Positions 11,601 to 19,133 of a stretch of 64,000 nucleotides of DNA are shown here, one piece after another. The DNA is from Candidatus Altimarinota bacterium (GTDB lineage Bacteria > Patescibacteriota > Gracilibacteria > UBA4473): NCBI GenBank assembly GCA_965231215.1, contig OZ246423.1, forward strand, positions 1,056,001 through 1,120,000, written 5' to 3'. The position numbers were made by a program, and so were the translations under genes. The stretch's first letter is position 1; each line of letters opens with the position of its first letter. The notes beneath the pieces were generated by a model, which was given only the letters and a program-made list of their open reading frames with translations, made no database searches and was not told where the DNA came from.

Positions 11601-13524
11601 TTTGATCACGCGTATAGGTGCGGTCTACTTTAGAAAGCATTTCAAGTACTTTGTAGGCCACATTTTTTACTTCAGTCACGTCGCTTGGGTTGCTGGCTTT
11701 GAATTTTGTCTCAGTATTATTTTTGGGGTCTCTGATAGTGAGTTCCTCCCCACTAGCCAGTTGACCTCTTATGCGTTCAGCAGTTCCATCATCTTCAAAT
11801 TTATTAATAATTTCACTTACACTTGGTAGATCATCATCAATGTCTTCAATTTCGTCTCGAACATCGTTATCACTTACTTTTGATTTAGCTTCTAAGATTT
11901 TAGGGTGACCAGCAAAGAGTGATCCATACATCTCTGCTGCGGCATCGTACAAACTTTCATCATGGAAAAGTCTTTTAGCAAGAGCTAATTGAGCTTTTTT
12001 GAATTTTGCCACATCTTTAAGAGAAACAGCCCCAGCGGGTTTATGAATACCAGCATCAACTACATCAGAAGACTGCCAAAACTTTAAATAAGTTTTATGG
12101 AATTGGTCTAGGGTAGTACTAAGCGCTGGCTTATTCGATTTTAGCTTCACAATAGCACTTTCTAGGTCAGTAGCTGCGCCAGAGATAATAAGTCCTTGCA
12201 GAGTGTTTGTAAGTTCAGTGTATTTTTGTGCATCTCGTATAATGGCATTATCTGCCTGAGAGGTGGCACTGCTTTCAAACGCATTTTGAATGGCCCATTC
12301 ACCTTGTCTGTCTAAAGCGAGTGAGTTTATATAACTTCTATAGAGTGTTAGTCCGGTAACATCCTGAGTTTTAGCTACCAGGGTGTTTTCCATGGCCTCA
12401 ATTGACCCCAGTATTTTTTCAACTTGGGTTCCAACTTCTGCATCACTTTTTAGACTTTCTAAAAGATCTTTAGCTTTTTTAGTGTTTTCTTCCTTATTAG
12501 TTGTAAGTAACCATTGAGCTTCAAAAATTGTTCTTTGGTTGGCTGAGAATTTTGGATTTTTAGAAAGTTTTTCAAATAGCTCTGAAGTTTCTTTTGGAGT
12601 GGTTGGAAGAGTTTCGCCTGTAGCGATATAAAATTCCATTTTAGCCACTATTTCCTCGCGTTCCTCTGGTTTATGCTGATTAAGCCAGGTGAATACATCT
12701 TTGTATTCTACAAAGGCGGAATGAGCGGTGTTAAACTTTTTAAAATCTCCCGCTACATCTGGAGGCAAAGAGGTCAGAGGGATGGTTAGATCTAGAATCT
12801 GAGATTCAACCTCCGTAGTAGCAATATTGGTTCCAGTATTTACTGGAGGTTTAGGACATTGGTCACTTTCTATGGCACTGATAACCGCACCAGTATTTAT
12901 GTTTATGGTTACGAGTTTTCCATCTATACATTCTGTTTTAGTTTTTACTTCAGGGTGTGGTCTTTCAGACTCTAGAGGTTGATCATCTCTTGGTGGGGGT
13001 TCTTGTTGTTGAGTGTCGATTCTGATTTTCCCATCTAGGTACTCTCCAGAAGCAATAGCTTCATGATTGTCGAGCCTTACATTCTGTCGTTTTTTCTTTC
13101 TTCTCCCTTGGCTGTCGGTGTAGTAAGTTATTTTTTGAGCTTTTCCAGAGTACTGGATTTTGAACCAATAATGATCAGCTCCACCACTATTTCCACTAGT
13201 ATCATGAGTTTTATCTTCAAGCCCTAAAATTTTCACTTTAGCGCCCTTTGGCACCACGAAATCTTCCTCATGATCACCGGCATGAGTTCTGAGTCTTAGT
13301 CCAGTGTGAAGTGTAATAATTCTTGAATGAGTATTTTCAATGATGACTTGCTTTTTGAGTTCATCCAGATTTAGACCTGTTCTCATTGAGAGTATTTCAA
13401 GTTGATCAGATAAGCTCCCCTCTACATGCGCATCAGTGCCTCTCTCCACATTGTTGGGGGAGGGCTTTTTCCAGACGAATTTAGTTGCCTGAGGGTCTTG
13501 GGTAAAAGTAAATACTAGTTTCAT
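8617..13524 (-). CDS. Giant 1635-aa protein: SH3b-like N-terminal domain, central Gly/Ala-rich hydrophobic helices, coiled coil, two SPOR-like repeats
   Basis: Long ORF. GLRLRTH...VPKGAKVKILG...YWFKIQY resembles SH3_3; IAINIPLILVSGGLAAGARWAAAKGLSWAAAAMAG is hydrophobic; duplicated ~65-aa unit near the C-terminus. Domain calls by eye. Confidence 0.75.
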   Translation of the reverse strand: MKLVFTFTQDPQATKFVWKKPSPNNVERGTDAHVEGSLSDQLEILSMRTGLNLDELKKQVIIENTHSRIITLHTGLRLRTHAGDHEEDFVVPKGAKVKILGLEDKTHDTSGNSGGADHYWFKIQYSGKAQKITYYTDSQGRRKKKRQNVRLDNHEAIASGEYLDGKIRIDTQQQEPPPRDDQPLESERPHPEVKTKTECIDGKLVTININTGAVISAIESDQCPKPPVNTGTNIATTEVESQILDLTIPLTSLPPDVAGDFKKFNTAHSAFVEYKDVFTWLNQHKPEEREEIVAKMEFYIATGETLPTTPKETSELFEKLSKNPKFSANQRTIFEAQWLLTTNKEENTKKAKDLLESLKSDAEVGTQVEKILGSIEAMENTLVAKTQDVTGLTLYRSYINSLALDRQGEWAIQNAFESSATSQADNAIIRDAQKYTELTNTLQGLIISGAATDLESAIVKLKSNKPALSTTLDQFHKTYLKFWQSSDVVDAGIHKPAGAVSLKDVAKFKKAQLALAKRLFHDESLYDAAAEMYGSLFAGHPKILEAKSKVSDNDVRDEIEDIDDDLPSVSEIINKFEDDGTAERIRGQLASGEELTIRDPKNNTETKFKASNPSDVTEVKNVAYKVLEMLSKVDRTYTRDQMIDRAKLHFAINEKTASDLGVDGLVAEALTDYQDIHGLEKGWDMTETTKDWIWKEIAINIPLILVSGGLAAGARWAAAKGLSWAAAAMAGADAVANVGAKANSIRGARLAAGIGAASFEGLMFNQAQNMIVEGQMDTSLNGNLMSALMFNVFRGGNFVYGKGMQKLGIQEVRTLGETLPNWAVRNTGKRTRSGFGNYLAQRTLRTGFDSGLMAITATTAHSATNGHIGHEMSGEQFAKEWMLFFLLPQLGRGAEPKKVASLAPKARKQMKERAKDFFARTPKDPVEAYKFNLKKQKEARQRDLETLEAQSRALQNDLTNKKIKKEAHDKTQKAIEAKIKATKKQINEIDTQLTHDIVNINGEPFIAGEPVIIKKDGKLRRGKITQKKGDNVTFEFTEIGANGKPQTKPEVIAAHSPTITVSRPPSLGVKPKRQNWIPAPVKRLWGSIRKTESAQGRAAEAKYHGSMRQNRVKELEARQRLSEAEKTLRQKEQQLVEAKAKKEDNADHIKELQDARDIAQEAVLKGREDIAAINQKYRELRRQYRQELLKAEPKSAPDALKDVNASIAELRAMPEPTLIKGGKAKALWRGRELRRLEGERSQLLKQMQEAANKNESVSKHENRTEAEAVLKEIQETGATGKIKEVTSGEKPIYEVHLTSLPKKNTTVNELQNLNDQIQQHSEKTPKRFRKNKHETRQRKLEAQRNELIKKLEKQGEKGDPVSQHRTLEEANTVVRQLQEAGIKDAHSKIVNKDGSTFYEVYTVGRKVQSRKAAEAGLGSAKEGKNINTDKLKDNNTHEITELVREAKDLNFQDGSGNVLFITRKGKMELIEANAILEGNILTSKIDGSRIRIEKVENADGSLSFFQITKLPKEPVTKPKTEKLEILNPDAITLENATYFTKQTKSLRVQELTNAPNNSITVTGALGKKIKLLFEKTGLGEFSFPSKPGDAGFFAGSQILANGNFYRIQKADPANGIPEVAAKVHPSGEVTFSITP

Positions 13525-13545
13525 TGCGCGCGAAAATATCAGGTG

Positions 13546-13575
13546 ATTTTACCACATTTTTGACTAAAAATCCAG
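13546..13575 (-). promoter_or_regulatory. Extended -10 promoter for the giant-protein cluster
   Basis: Minus strand TGTGGTAAAAT about 21 nt upstream of ATG 13524, identical core to the promoter at 1806-1816. Confidence 0.6.
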
Positions 13576-13613
13576 TGTTTTGAGTCTTTTGCTAAAAAAT
13601 TCGGATAAAAGCT

Positions 13614-13641
13614 TTGACATACGCACTAAAATCTCGAGAAT
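13614..13641 (+). promoter_or_regulatory. Sigma70-type promoter for V-ATPase A
   Basis: TTGACA-16 nt-GAGAAT followed by GC-rich CCGCG. Confidence 0.5.
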
Positions 13642-13681
13642 CCGCGAGAATTTTAATCCACAATTTTATTTTTTTTGAATC

Positions 13682-15445
13682 ATGAGTGACAAAAAGCCAG
13701 TTATCGTCAAAGTTTCAGGGCCATTAGTTGTGGCCGATAACATGTCTCACGCAAAGATGTACGAGGTAGTACGGGTGGGGGACGAAGGACTCGTAGGAGA
13801 GGTAATCCGACTTGAAGGAAATGAAGCCTATGTTCAAGTCTATGAAGAAACAGCCGGAGTCGGCCCAGGAGAGCCTGTAGAAACAACAGGAAAAACTCTT
13901 TCTGTAGAGTTGGGGCCAGGGCTTTTGGAGTCTATTTATGATGGAATTCAACGACCTCTCGGAGTATTAGAAGAAAAATCAGGCTATTTCCTAGCTCGCG
14001 GGATTGACGCTGATGGTCTAGATCAAAATAAAAAATGGGATTTTGTGGCTACGGTCTCTACCGGGAACACGGTTGAAGCTGGAGACACTATCGGAACGGT
14101 TCAAGAAACGACACTGATTCTGCATAAAGTGATGGTTCCAGCTGAAGTAAAAGGCAAAGCTAAAGTAAAATCTATTGAGTCTGGTCACTTTAAAGTGAGT
14201 GATACGGTAGCCGTAGTAGAAGATGAAGAGGGGAAAGAACATAACGTAGCCATGCGTCAGTACTGGCCAATTCGAAACAGCCGAAAAATTAATCGAAAAT
14301 TAATTCCATCCGAACCACTGCGTTCTGGATGTAGATCAATTGATACATTCTTTCCGTTGGTGAAAGGAGGTGCCGGATGTATCCCTGGGCCATTTGGTTC
14401 TGGGAAAACCGTAACGCAACAATCTCTGGCTAAATACTGTGATGCACAAGTAATTATATACATCGGTTGTGGAGAGCGAGGGAATGAGATGACAGAAGTA
14501 CTAAATGAGTTCCCCCATCTGATCGATCCAAATAGTGGAGAGCCACTCATGAAACGAACGGTGATGATTGCCAATACGTCGAACATGCCAGTAGCGGCTC
14601 GTGAGGCGAGTGTGTACACCGGCATTACTATTGCTGAATATTATCGAGACATGGGATACAACGTAGCCCTCATGGCTGATTCTACTTCACGATGGGCAGA
14701 AGCCATGCGTGAGATGTCAGGACGTCTTGAAGAGATGCCTGGGGAAGAAGGATATCCAGCTTACCTAGGGTCTAAAACGGCTGAGTTCTATGAACGAGCT
14801 GGAGCGGTTGAATGTCTTGGATCTGAAGGCCGAACAGGTAGCCTTACCGTAATTGGAGCCGTATCGCCTCCAGGAGGAGATCTTTCTGAACCTGTATCAC
14901 AAAATACACTTCGAGTGACTAAAACTTACTGGGGACTGGATTCTAAGTTGTCATACCAGCGTCACTTCCCAGCCATCAATTGGCTTAAATCATACTCTCT
15001 GTACACCCCAAATATTGAGAAGTACATGAAAGAAGAAGTAGCTCAAGATTACTGGGAGATTCGAGAAACAGGTATGAACCTCCTGCAAGAAGAATCTAAA
15101 CTACAAGAAATTGTACGTCTAGTTGGGCCAGACGCGCTTTCTGTGCGAGAAAAATTAGTATTACTTACAGCCAAATCTATTCGTGAGGATTTCCTCTACC
15201 AAGATAGTTTTGATGCAGAAGATGCCTACACTATTCCTCAAAAGCAATACCAAATGCTTAAGACTATTGTAACGTTATACCACGAAGGAATGAAGCTCGT
15301 TGATAGAGAAGAATTTGATTTCAGCAAAGTAGAAGAATCACCAGTAATTCAAGAAATTGCCAACGTGAAAAATCTTTCAAAAGAGGAAACAGAAGATTAT
15401 GAAAAAGTGCGACAAAACATTACTAAAGAAATTGGAGCACTCTAG
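13682..15445 (+). CDS. atpA: V/A-type ATP synthase catalytic subunit A
   Basis: GPFGSGKT P-loop, GCGERGNEM, ANTSNMPVAAREAS, MADSTSRWAEA, PGEEGYPAYL, plus the non-homologous region characteristic of V/A-type A subunits. Confidence 0.97.
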   Translation: MSDKKPVIVKVSGPLVVADNMSHAKMYEVVRVGDEGLVGEVIRLEGNEAYVQVYEETAGVGPGEPVETTGKTLSVELGPGLLESIYDGIQRPLGVLEEKSGYFLARGIDADGLDQNKKWDFVATVSTGNTVEAGDTIGTVQETTLILHKVMVPAEVKGKAKVKSIESGHFKVSDTVAVVEDEEGKEHNVAMRQYWPIRNSRKINRKLIPSEPLRSGCRSIDTFFPLVKGGAGCIPGPFGSGKTVTQQSLAKYCDAQVIIYIGCGERGNEMTEVLNEFPHLIDPNSGEPLMKRTVMIANTSNMPVAAREASVYTGITIAEYYRDMGYNVALMADSTSRWAEAMREMSGRLEEMPGEEGYPAYLGSKTAEFYERAGAVECLGSEGRTGSLTVIGAVSPPGGDLSEPVSQNTLRVTKTYWGLDSKLSYQRHFPAINWLKSYSLYTPNIEKYMKEEVAQDYWEIRETGMNLLQEESKLQEIVRLVGPDALSVREKLVLLTAKSIREDFLYQDSFDAEDAYTIPQKQYQMLKTIVTLYHEGMKLVDREEFDFSKVEESPVIQEIANVKNLSKEETEDYEKVRQNITKEIGAL

Positions 15446-15490
15446 CGCTTTCCCAAATCTGAGAAGAAGCTCTCTAAAGATACAGTCTTG

Positions 15491-15512
15491 AGACTTTGGG
15501 CAAGCCAGAATA
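15491..15512. repeat. REP-like palindromic unit (degenerate)
   Basis: AGACTTTGGGCAAGCCAGAATA, variant of AGATTCTGGACAAGCCAGAATA at 59021. Confidence 0.65.
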
Positions 15513-15536
15513 TTAAAAGACTAAAGACAATCAATA

Positions 15537-16058
15537 ATGAAAAAATTTCTCCCAGTTCTGGTTCTGCTTATAGCTTTAACGGCTTGTGAAAAACGAACCG
15601 AAGACAGTCCATCAGCGTCCCCTCTTGATATGCCAGGAGGAACCACTAAACAAGAATTTAAAGCTGAAAATGAATCTAATACTAACCAAACATCAGAAAT
15701 GACTAAAAAAGACACCCCAGCCGCCGAAGAGGTAACCGATCTAAAGATTGATATTGAAGTCGAAGGGGAAGGCGCCGTGGCCAAAGCAGGTGATACGGTA
15801 AAAGTGCACTATACGGGAACGCTACAAGACGGTACAAAATTTGATTCTAGTCGAGATCGAGGACAGCCATTTCAGTTCAACCTTGGAGCTGGACAAGTGA
15901 TTGAAGGTTGGGACGTAGGCGTTGAAGGGATGCGCGTTGGAGAACAACGAACCCTTACTATCCCACCACATATGGGATACGGAGAATACGGTATTGGACC
16001 TATTCCTGGAAACGCGGTTCTTATTTTTGATGTGGAGCTCGTAGAAATTGTGGATTAG
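15537..16058 (+). CDS. FKBP-type peptidyl-prolyl isomerase, lipoprotein
   Basis: Lipobox LTAC; [39 protein letters not shown]. Confidence 0.95.
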   Translation: MKKFLPVLVLLIALTACEKRTEDSPSASPLDMPGGTTKQEFKAENESNTNQTSEMTKKDTPAAEEVTDLKIDIEVEGEGAVAKAGDTVKVHYTGTLQDGTKFDSSRDRGQPFQFNLGAGQVIEGWDVGVEGMRVGEQRTLTIPPHMGYGEYGIGPIPGNAVLIFDVELVEIVD

Positions 16059-16103
16059 GTTAATTGCTTTAGTAGATTTTTTCATCAATTAAAAAATATA
16101 ACA

Positions 16104-16118
16104 CCCCATGCGATGGGG
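16104..16118. terminator. Small GC hairpin between convergent genes
   Basis: CCCCAT-GCG-ATGGGG between FKBP and the response regulator. Confidence 0.4.
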
Positions 16119-16143
16119 GATTAGAGGTGAATCTTCAAAATTT

Positions 16144-16914
16144 TTATGTATTGGTATCCAAAAAATCTATAACTTCTTCGGCAATTTGTTCTGGCGTGTA
16201 CTCACTCTTTTTCATAAAGGCGTCTACCCCTAAAGATTCCGCTTTTTTTACATCTTTTTGTTGGTTGAGATTACTAGTAACAAAGACCGGAGTATTGAGT
16301 TTAGCGTTGCCTTTAATATTTTTAATAACTTCAAACCCATCCATATCTGGCATAAGGATGTCTAGTAGTATGGCGTCTGGCTGAATTTCAACGGCCTTCG
16401 TGATTCCGTCAAAGCCATTATTACTGGCATAAACATGACAGTTTTTTTGTTCTAAAGAGAGGGTTAATAGATCAATTTCATCTTCATTATCCTCAATTAT
16501 TAAGATGGCATAGCCGTTCATTTGTCCTGGCTTATCCATGCTATCTACTCGGAGATAGTCTTTCACTCTTTGAATCACTTGTTGGGGCGTAAGCTCAGAC
16601 TTATTGATATAATCGGTAACGCCTAACCTATAAGCCTCTTTGATAATTTTATCATCAACAAGATTACTAATAATTAGGATAAGGCAGTCTAGGTTTGTAT
16701 TTTGACGGAGGCCTTCAATCACCTCTAAGCCATCCATATTGGGCATCATGATATCTAGCAGTATGACATCAGGGTTCATTGAGGCTGCTTTTTGAATACC
16801 TATGGAGCCCTCTTCACTAGAGTCAACCGTATATCCAGCCTGTGAAAAGGCTAAAGTATATATAGTTCTTAAATCAGGATTATCCTCTATAATAAGGATT
16901 TTCTCTTGTTTCAT
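16144..16914 (-). CDS. Response regulator with two tandem receiver domains and no output domain
   Basis: ILIIEDN...ILLDIMMPNMDG and ILIIEDN...ILLDILMPDMDG; both phosphoacceptor Asp and conserved Lys retained. Confidence 0.93.
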   Translation of the reverse strand: MKQEKILIIEDNPDLRTIYTLAFSQAGYTVDSSEEGSIGIQKAASMNPDVILLDIMMPNMDGLEVIEGLRQNTNLDCLILIISNLVDDKIIKEAYRLGVTDYINKSELTPQQVIQRVKDYLRVDSMDKPGQMNGYAILIIEDNEDEIDLLTLSLEQKNCHVYASNNGFDGITKAVEIQPDAILLDILMPDMDGFEVIKNIKGNAKLNTPVFVTSNLNQQKDVKKAESLGVDAFMKKSEYTPEQIAEEVIDFLDTNT

Positions 16915-16928
16915 TTTGTATTTGTTTG

Positions 16929-19052
16929 CTAACTTTCATTGTAAGGAAGCGTAAACTTAAACGAAGAACCTGAGTTAACCTTGCCTTCACTTTTGATCCA
17001 GATTGTGCCACCAAATTTTTCAATAATTTGTTTTACAATATTGAGTCCCAAGCCACTTCCAGAGTAAGACTTTTGGAGGGGATTTTCAGCTTGTTGAAAC
17101 TTGTTGAAAATGTACTCTTGTTTGTCTTTAGGAATACCAATACCATCGTCTGTAATTTCTATGAGAATATTTTCTTTGTTTTTATAGCCAATTTTGACCT
17201 CAATATGTCCGTTCTCTGGCGTAAATTTGTAAGCGTTTCCAAGGAGATTAGAAAATACCATATAGAGTTTTTCTGGATCTATATGGACAGTGGGATTTAT
17301 TTTTTTGGTATTTTTTAGAGTCAGAGTTATGTTTTTCTTTTTACAGATGACTTTAAATTCTTTAATTGTAGATTTTAGAAAAGAGGTGAGCTTTATATTT
17401 TCTGAATTAAACTCCATCTTTCCTGATTCAAGCTTGCTAATATCCAGCATCTTATTTACCAGCTGTATGAGATCATTGGTACTATTAAAGATTCGCTGAA
17501 CAAATTCTGTTTGTTTAGTATTGAGTTTTCCATAATCTCCGGAGAGTAGAAAGTCAGTATAGCCTTTAATAATGCTCATGGGGGTTCTCAACTCATGTGA
17601 AGCAATAGAGAGAAAATCATCTTTAAGATGATCTAGTTCTCTAAGTCGGTCGTAGGATTTGGTGAGTTGAATATTGGTCTTTTGGAGGGCTTCGGTTTTT
17701 TCTTGAACCTCATCCGTGAGTTTTTGGTTGTAGTAGATCACAGACAGGGAAAGAGAGATGTAATTGGCAGCCTTTTCCAGGGCTTCAATTTCTCGAGCAA
17801 AATAGGGATTTTCATACGGCTTTTTCCCCAAAACAAAAAACCCAAAGAGCTTTTTTTTATTTTTACAAAGCGGGATGCAGACCTCACCTAAATCTTTTAA
17901 TTCATGGTAAAAAGGGGGAGCAATACTGGAGTCTTCGGCTTTTATTTCTACCTCTTCAAATACCAAAGGCGCCTTGTTTTTTTGGAAGTAGGCACATAGG
18001 TGTTTGTAATTTTTTCTATCTTTTTCCGGAATAAGTATCAGGTTGGCTTTGCTTATATTTAGTTCTTTCCTGAAGGTATGATTTATAGCTTTTTTAAGAG
18101 GGCTAATTTGAGAATGGAAACTCTGTTGATTGATGAATTTTTGGATTTCCTCTGCAAAATGTTTGGTATTAGAAAGTCTGAGTAGTTTTTCAAAAAACGA
18201 TACCTTTATAATAGAGGTAAAAAAGTTATAAAAAAGGATCGCCGTTGTGAGGAAGATGATGTCACTTCTAATGCCCAGTTCCATGTGAGCTTGTTCATTT
18301 ACATAAAAGAAAACAAGATAGGTACAAGCTAGAGCCAAGAAAAACGAAATAACTTTTTGTAAAAAATCTAAAATAATCCTCTGATATTCAAAGAACCTAA
18401 ACCGTATGACGACGTAAGCAAAGAGGATCATCTGACCAGAAGCCAGGACATTCAGAGTGGGAACAATATTAATATCGTAGAACAAAAAGAAATTAGTAGA
18501 TCCAAAACCGAATGTAAGCACATCCCCAATAAGCACATAAGCAATCTGTCTCTGCCTGATCCCGGTGTGTTTAGAATAGTTTTGAGCCAGTACTATCAGT
18601 GATAGTAGAATATAGCCCATCCATATAGCCAACCAGAAGTGATAGAGAATTCCAGTATTAGCCCAGTATCCAAAATCAAATTTAAAGACCACCTCTTCAA
18701 TAAATAAAGTAGTGGGGACTGTGCAGACAAAGCAAAGGTTTATGAGGTATCCAAAACGGATATAGTATTTGTATTGCTCTTGAATTTTTAGCAGACACGC
18801 CACAAAGTGGAAGTGCGCTACAGCTATAAAAATAGCTCCAATATGCAGCATTCGAAAGGAAAGTTCGGATAAATTTTTGTCATAAGGAACCGCCGGGAAA
18901 AAATACATAGCTGCCCACAGAGACATAAAAAAGCAGAATATGGCAAAGGTTCTGTTGATCGGGTTTTGTGGATCTCGGCTATAAGTAAAAATCCCAGAGA
19001 TGATTCCCACAATAGTGTTGAAGATAGTCCCAAGTAGTAAAAACGAATACAT
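16929..19052 (-). CDS. Sensor histidine kinase with N-terminal multi-TM (HisKA_7TM-like) and GAF-like regions
   Basis: ~9 hydrophobic segments; ASHELRTP H-box, NLLGNAYKF, DDGIGIP, GSGLGL. Confidence 0.93.
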   Translation of the reverse strand: MYSFLLLGTIFNTIVGIISGIFTYSRDPQNPINRTFAIFCFFMSLWAAMYFFPAVPYDKNLSELSFRMLHIGAIFIAVAHFHFVACLLKIQEQYKYYIRFGYLINLCFVCTVPTTLFIEEVVFKFDFGYWANTGILYHFWLAIWMGYILLSLIVLAQNYSKHTGIRQRQIAYVLIGDVLTFGFGSTNFFLFYDINIVPTLNVLASGQMILFAYVVIRFRFFEYQRIILDFLQKVISFFLALACTYLVFFYVNEQAHMELGIRSDIIFLTTAILFYNFFTSIIKVSFFEKLLRLSNTKHFAEEIQKFINQQSFHSQISPLKKAINHTFRKELNISKANLILIPEKDRKNYKHLCAYFQKNKAPLVFEEVEIKAEDSSIAPPFYHELKDLGEVCIPLCKNKKKLFGFFVLGKKPYENPYFAREIEALEKAANYISLSLSVIYYNQKLTDEVQEKTEALQKTNIQLTKSYDRLRELDHLKDDFLSIASHELRTPMSIIKGYTDFLLSGDYGKLNTKQTEFVQRIFNSTNDLIQLVNKMLDISKLESGKMEFNSENIKLTSFLKSTIKEFKVICKKKNITLTLKNTKKINPTVHIDPEKLYMVFSNLLGNAYKFTPENGHIEVKIGYKNKENILIEITDDGIGIPKDKQEYIFNKFQQAENPLQKSYSGSGLGLNIVKQIIEKFGGTIWIKSEGKVNSGSSFKFTLPYNES

Positions 19053-19133
19053 CGAACTTCATTTTAGCGTCAGTTTCAATTTTGTTCTACGTAAATTTCC
19101 CTTTTCCTAGATTGCCTTAACTTAAATTTAATA

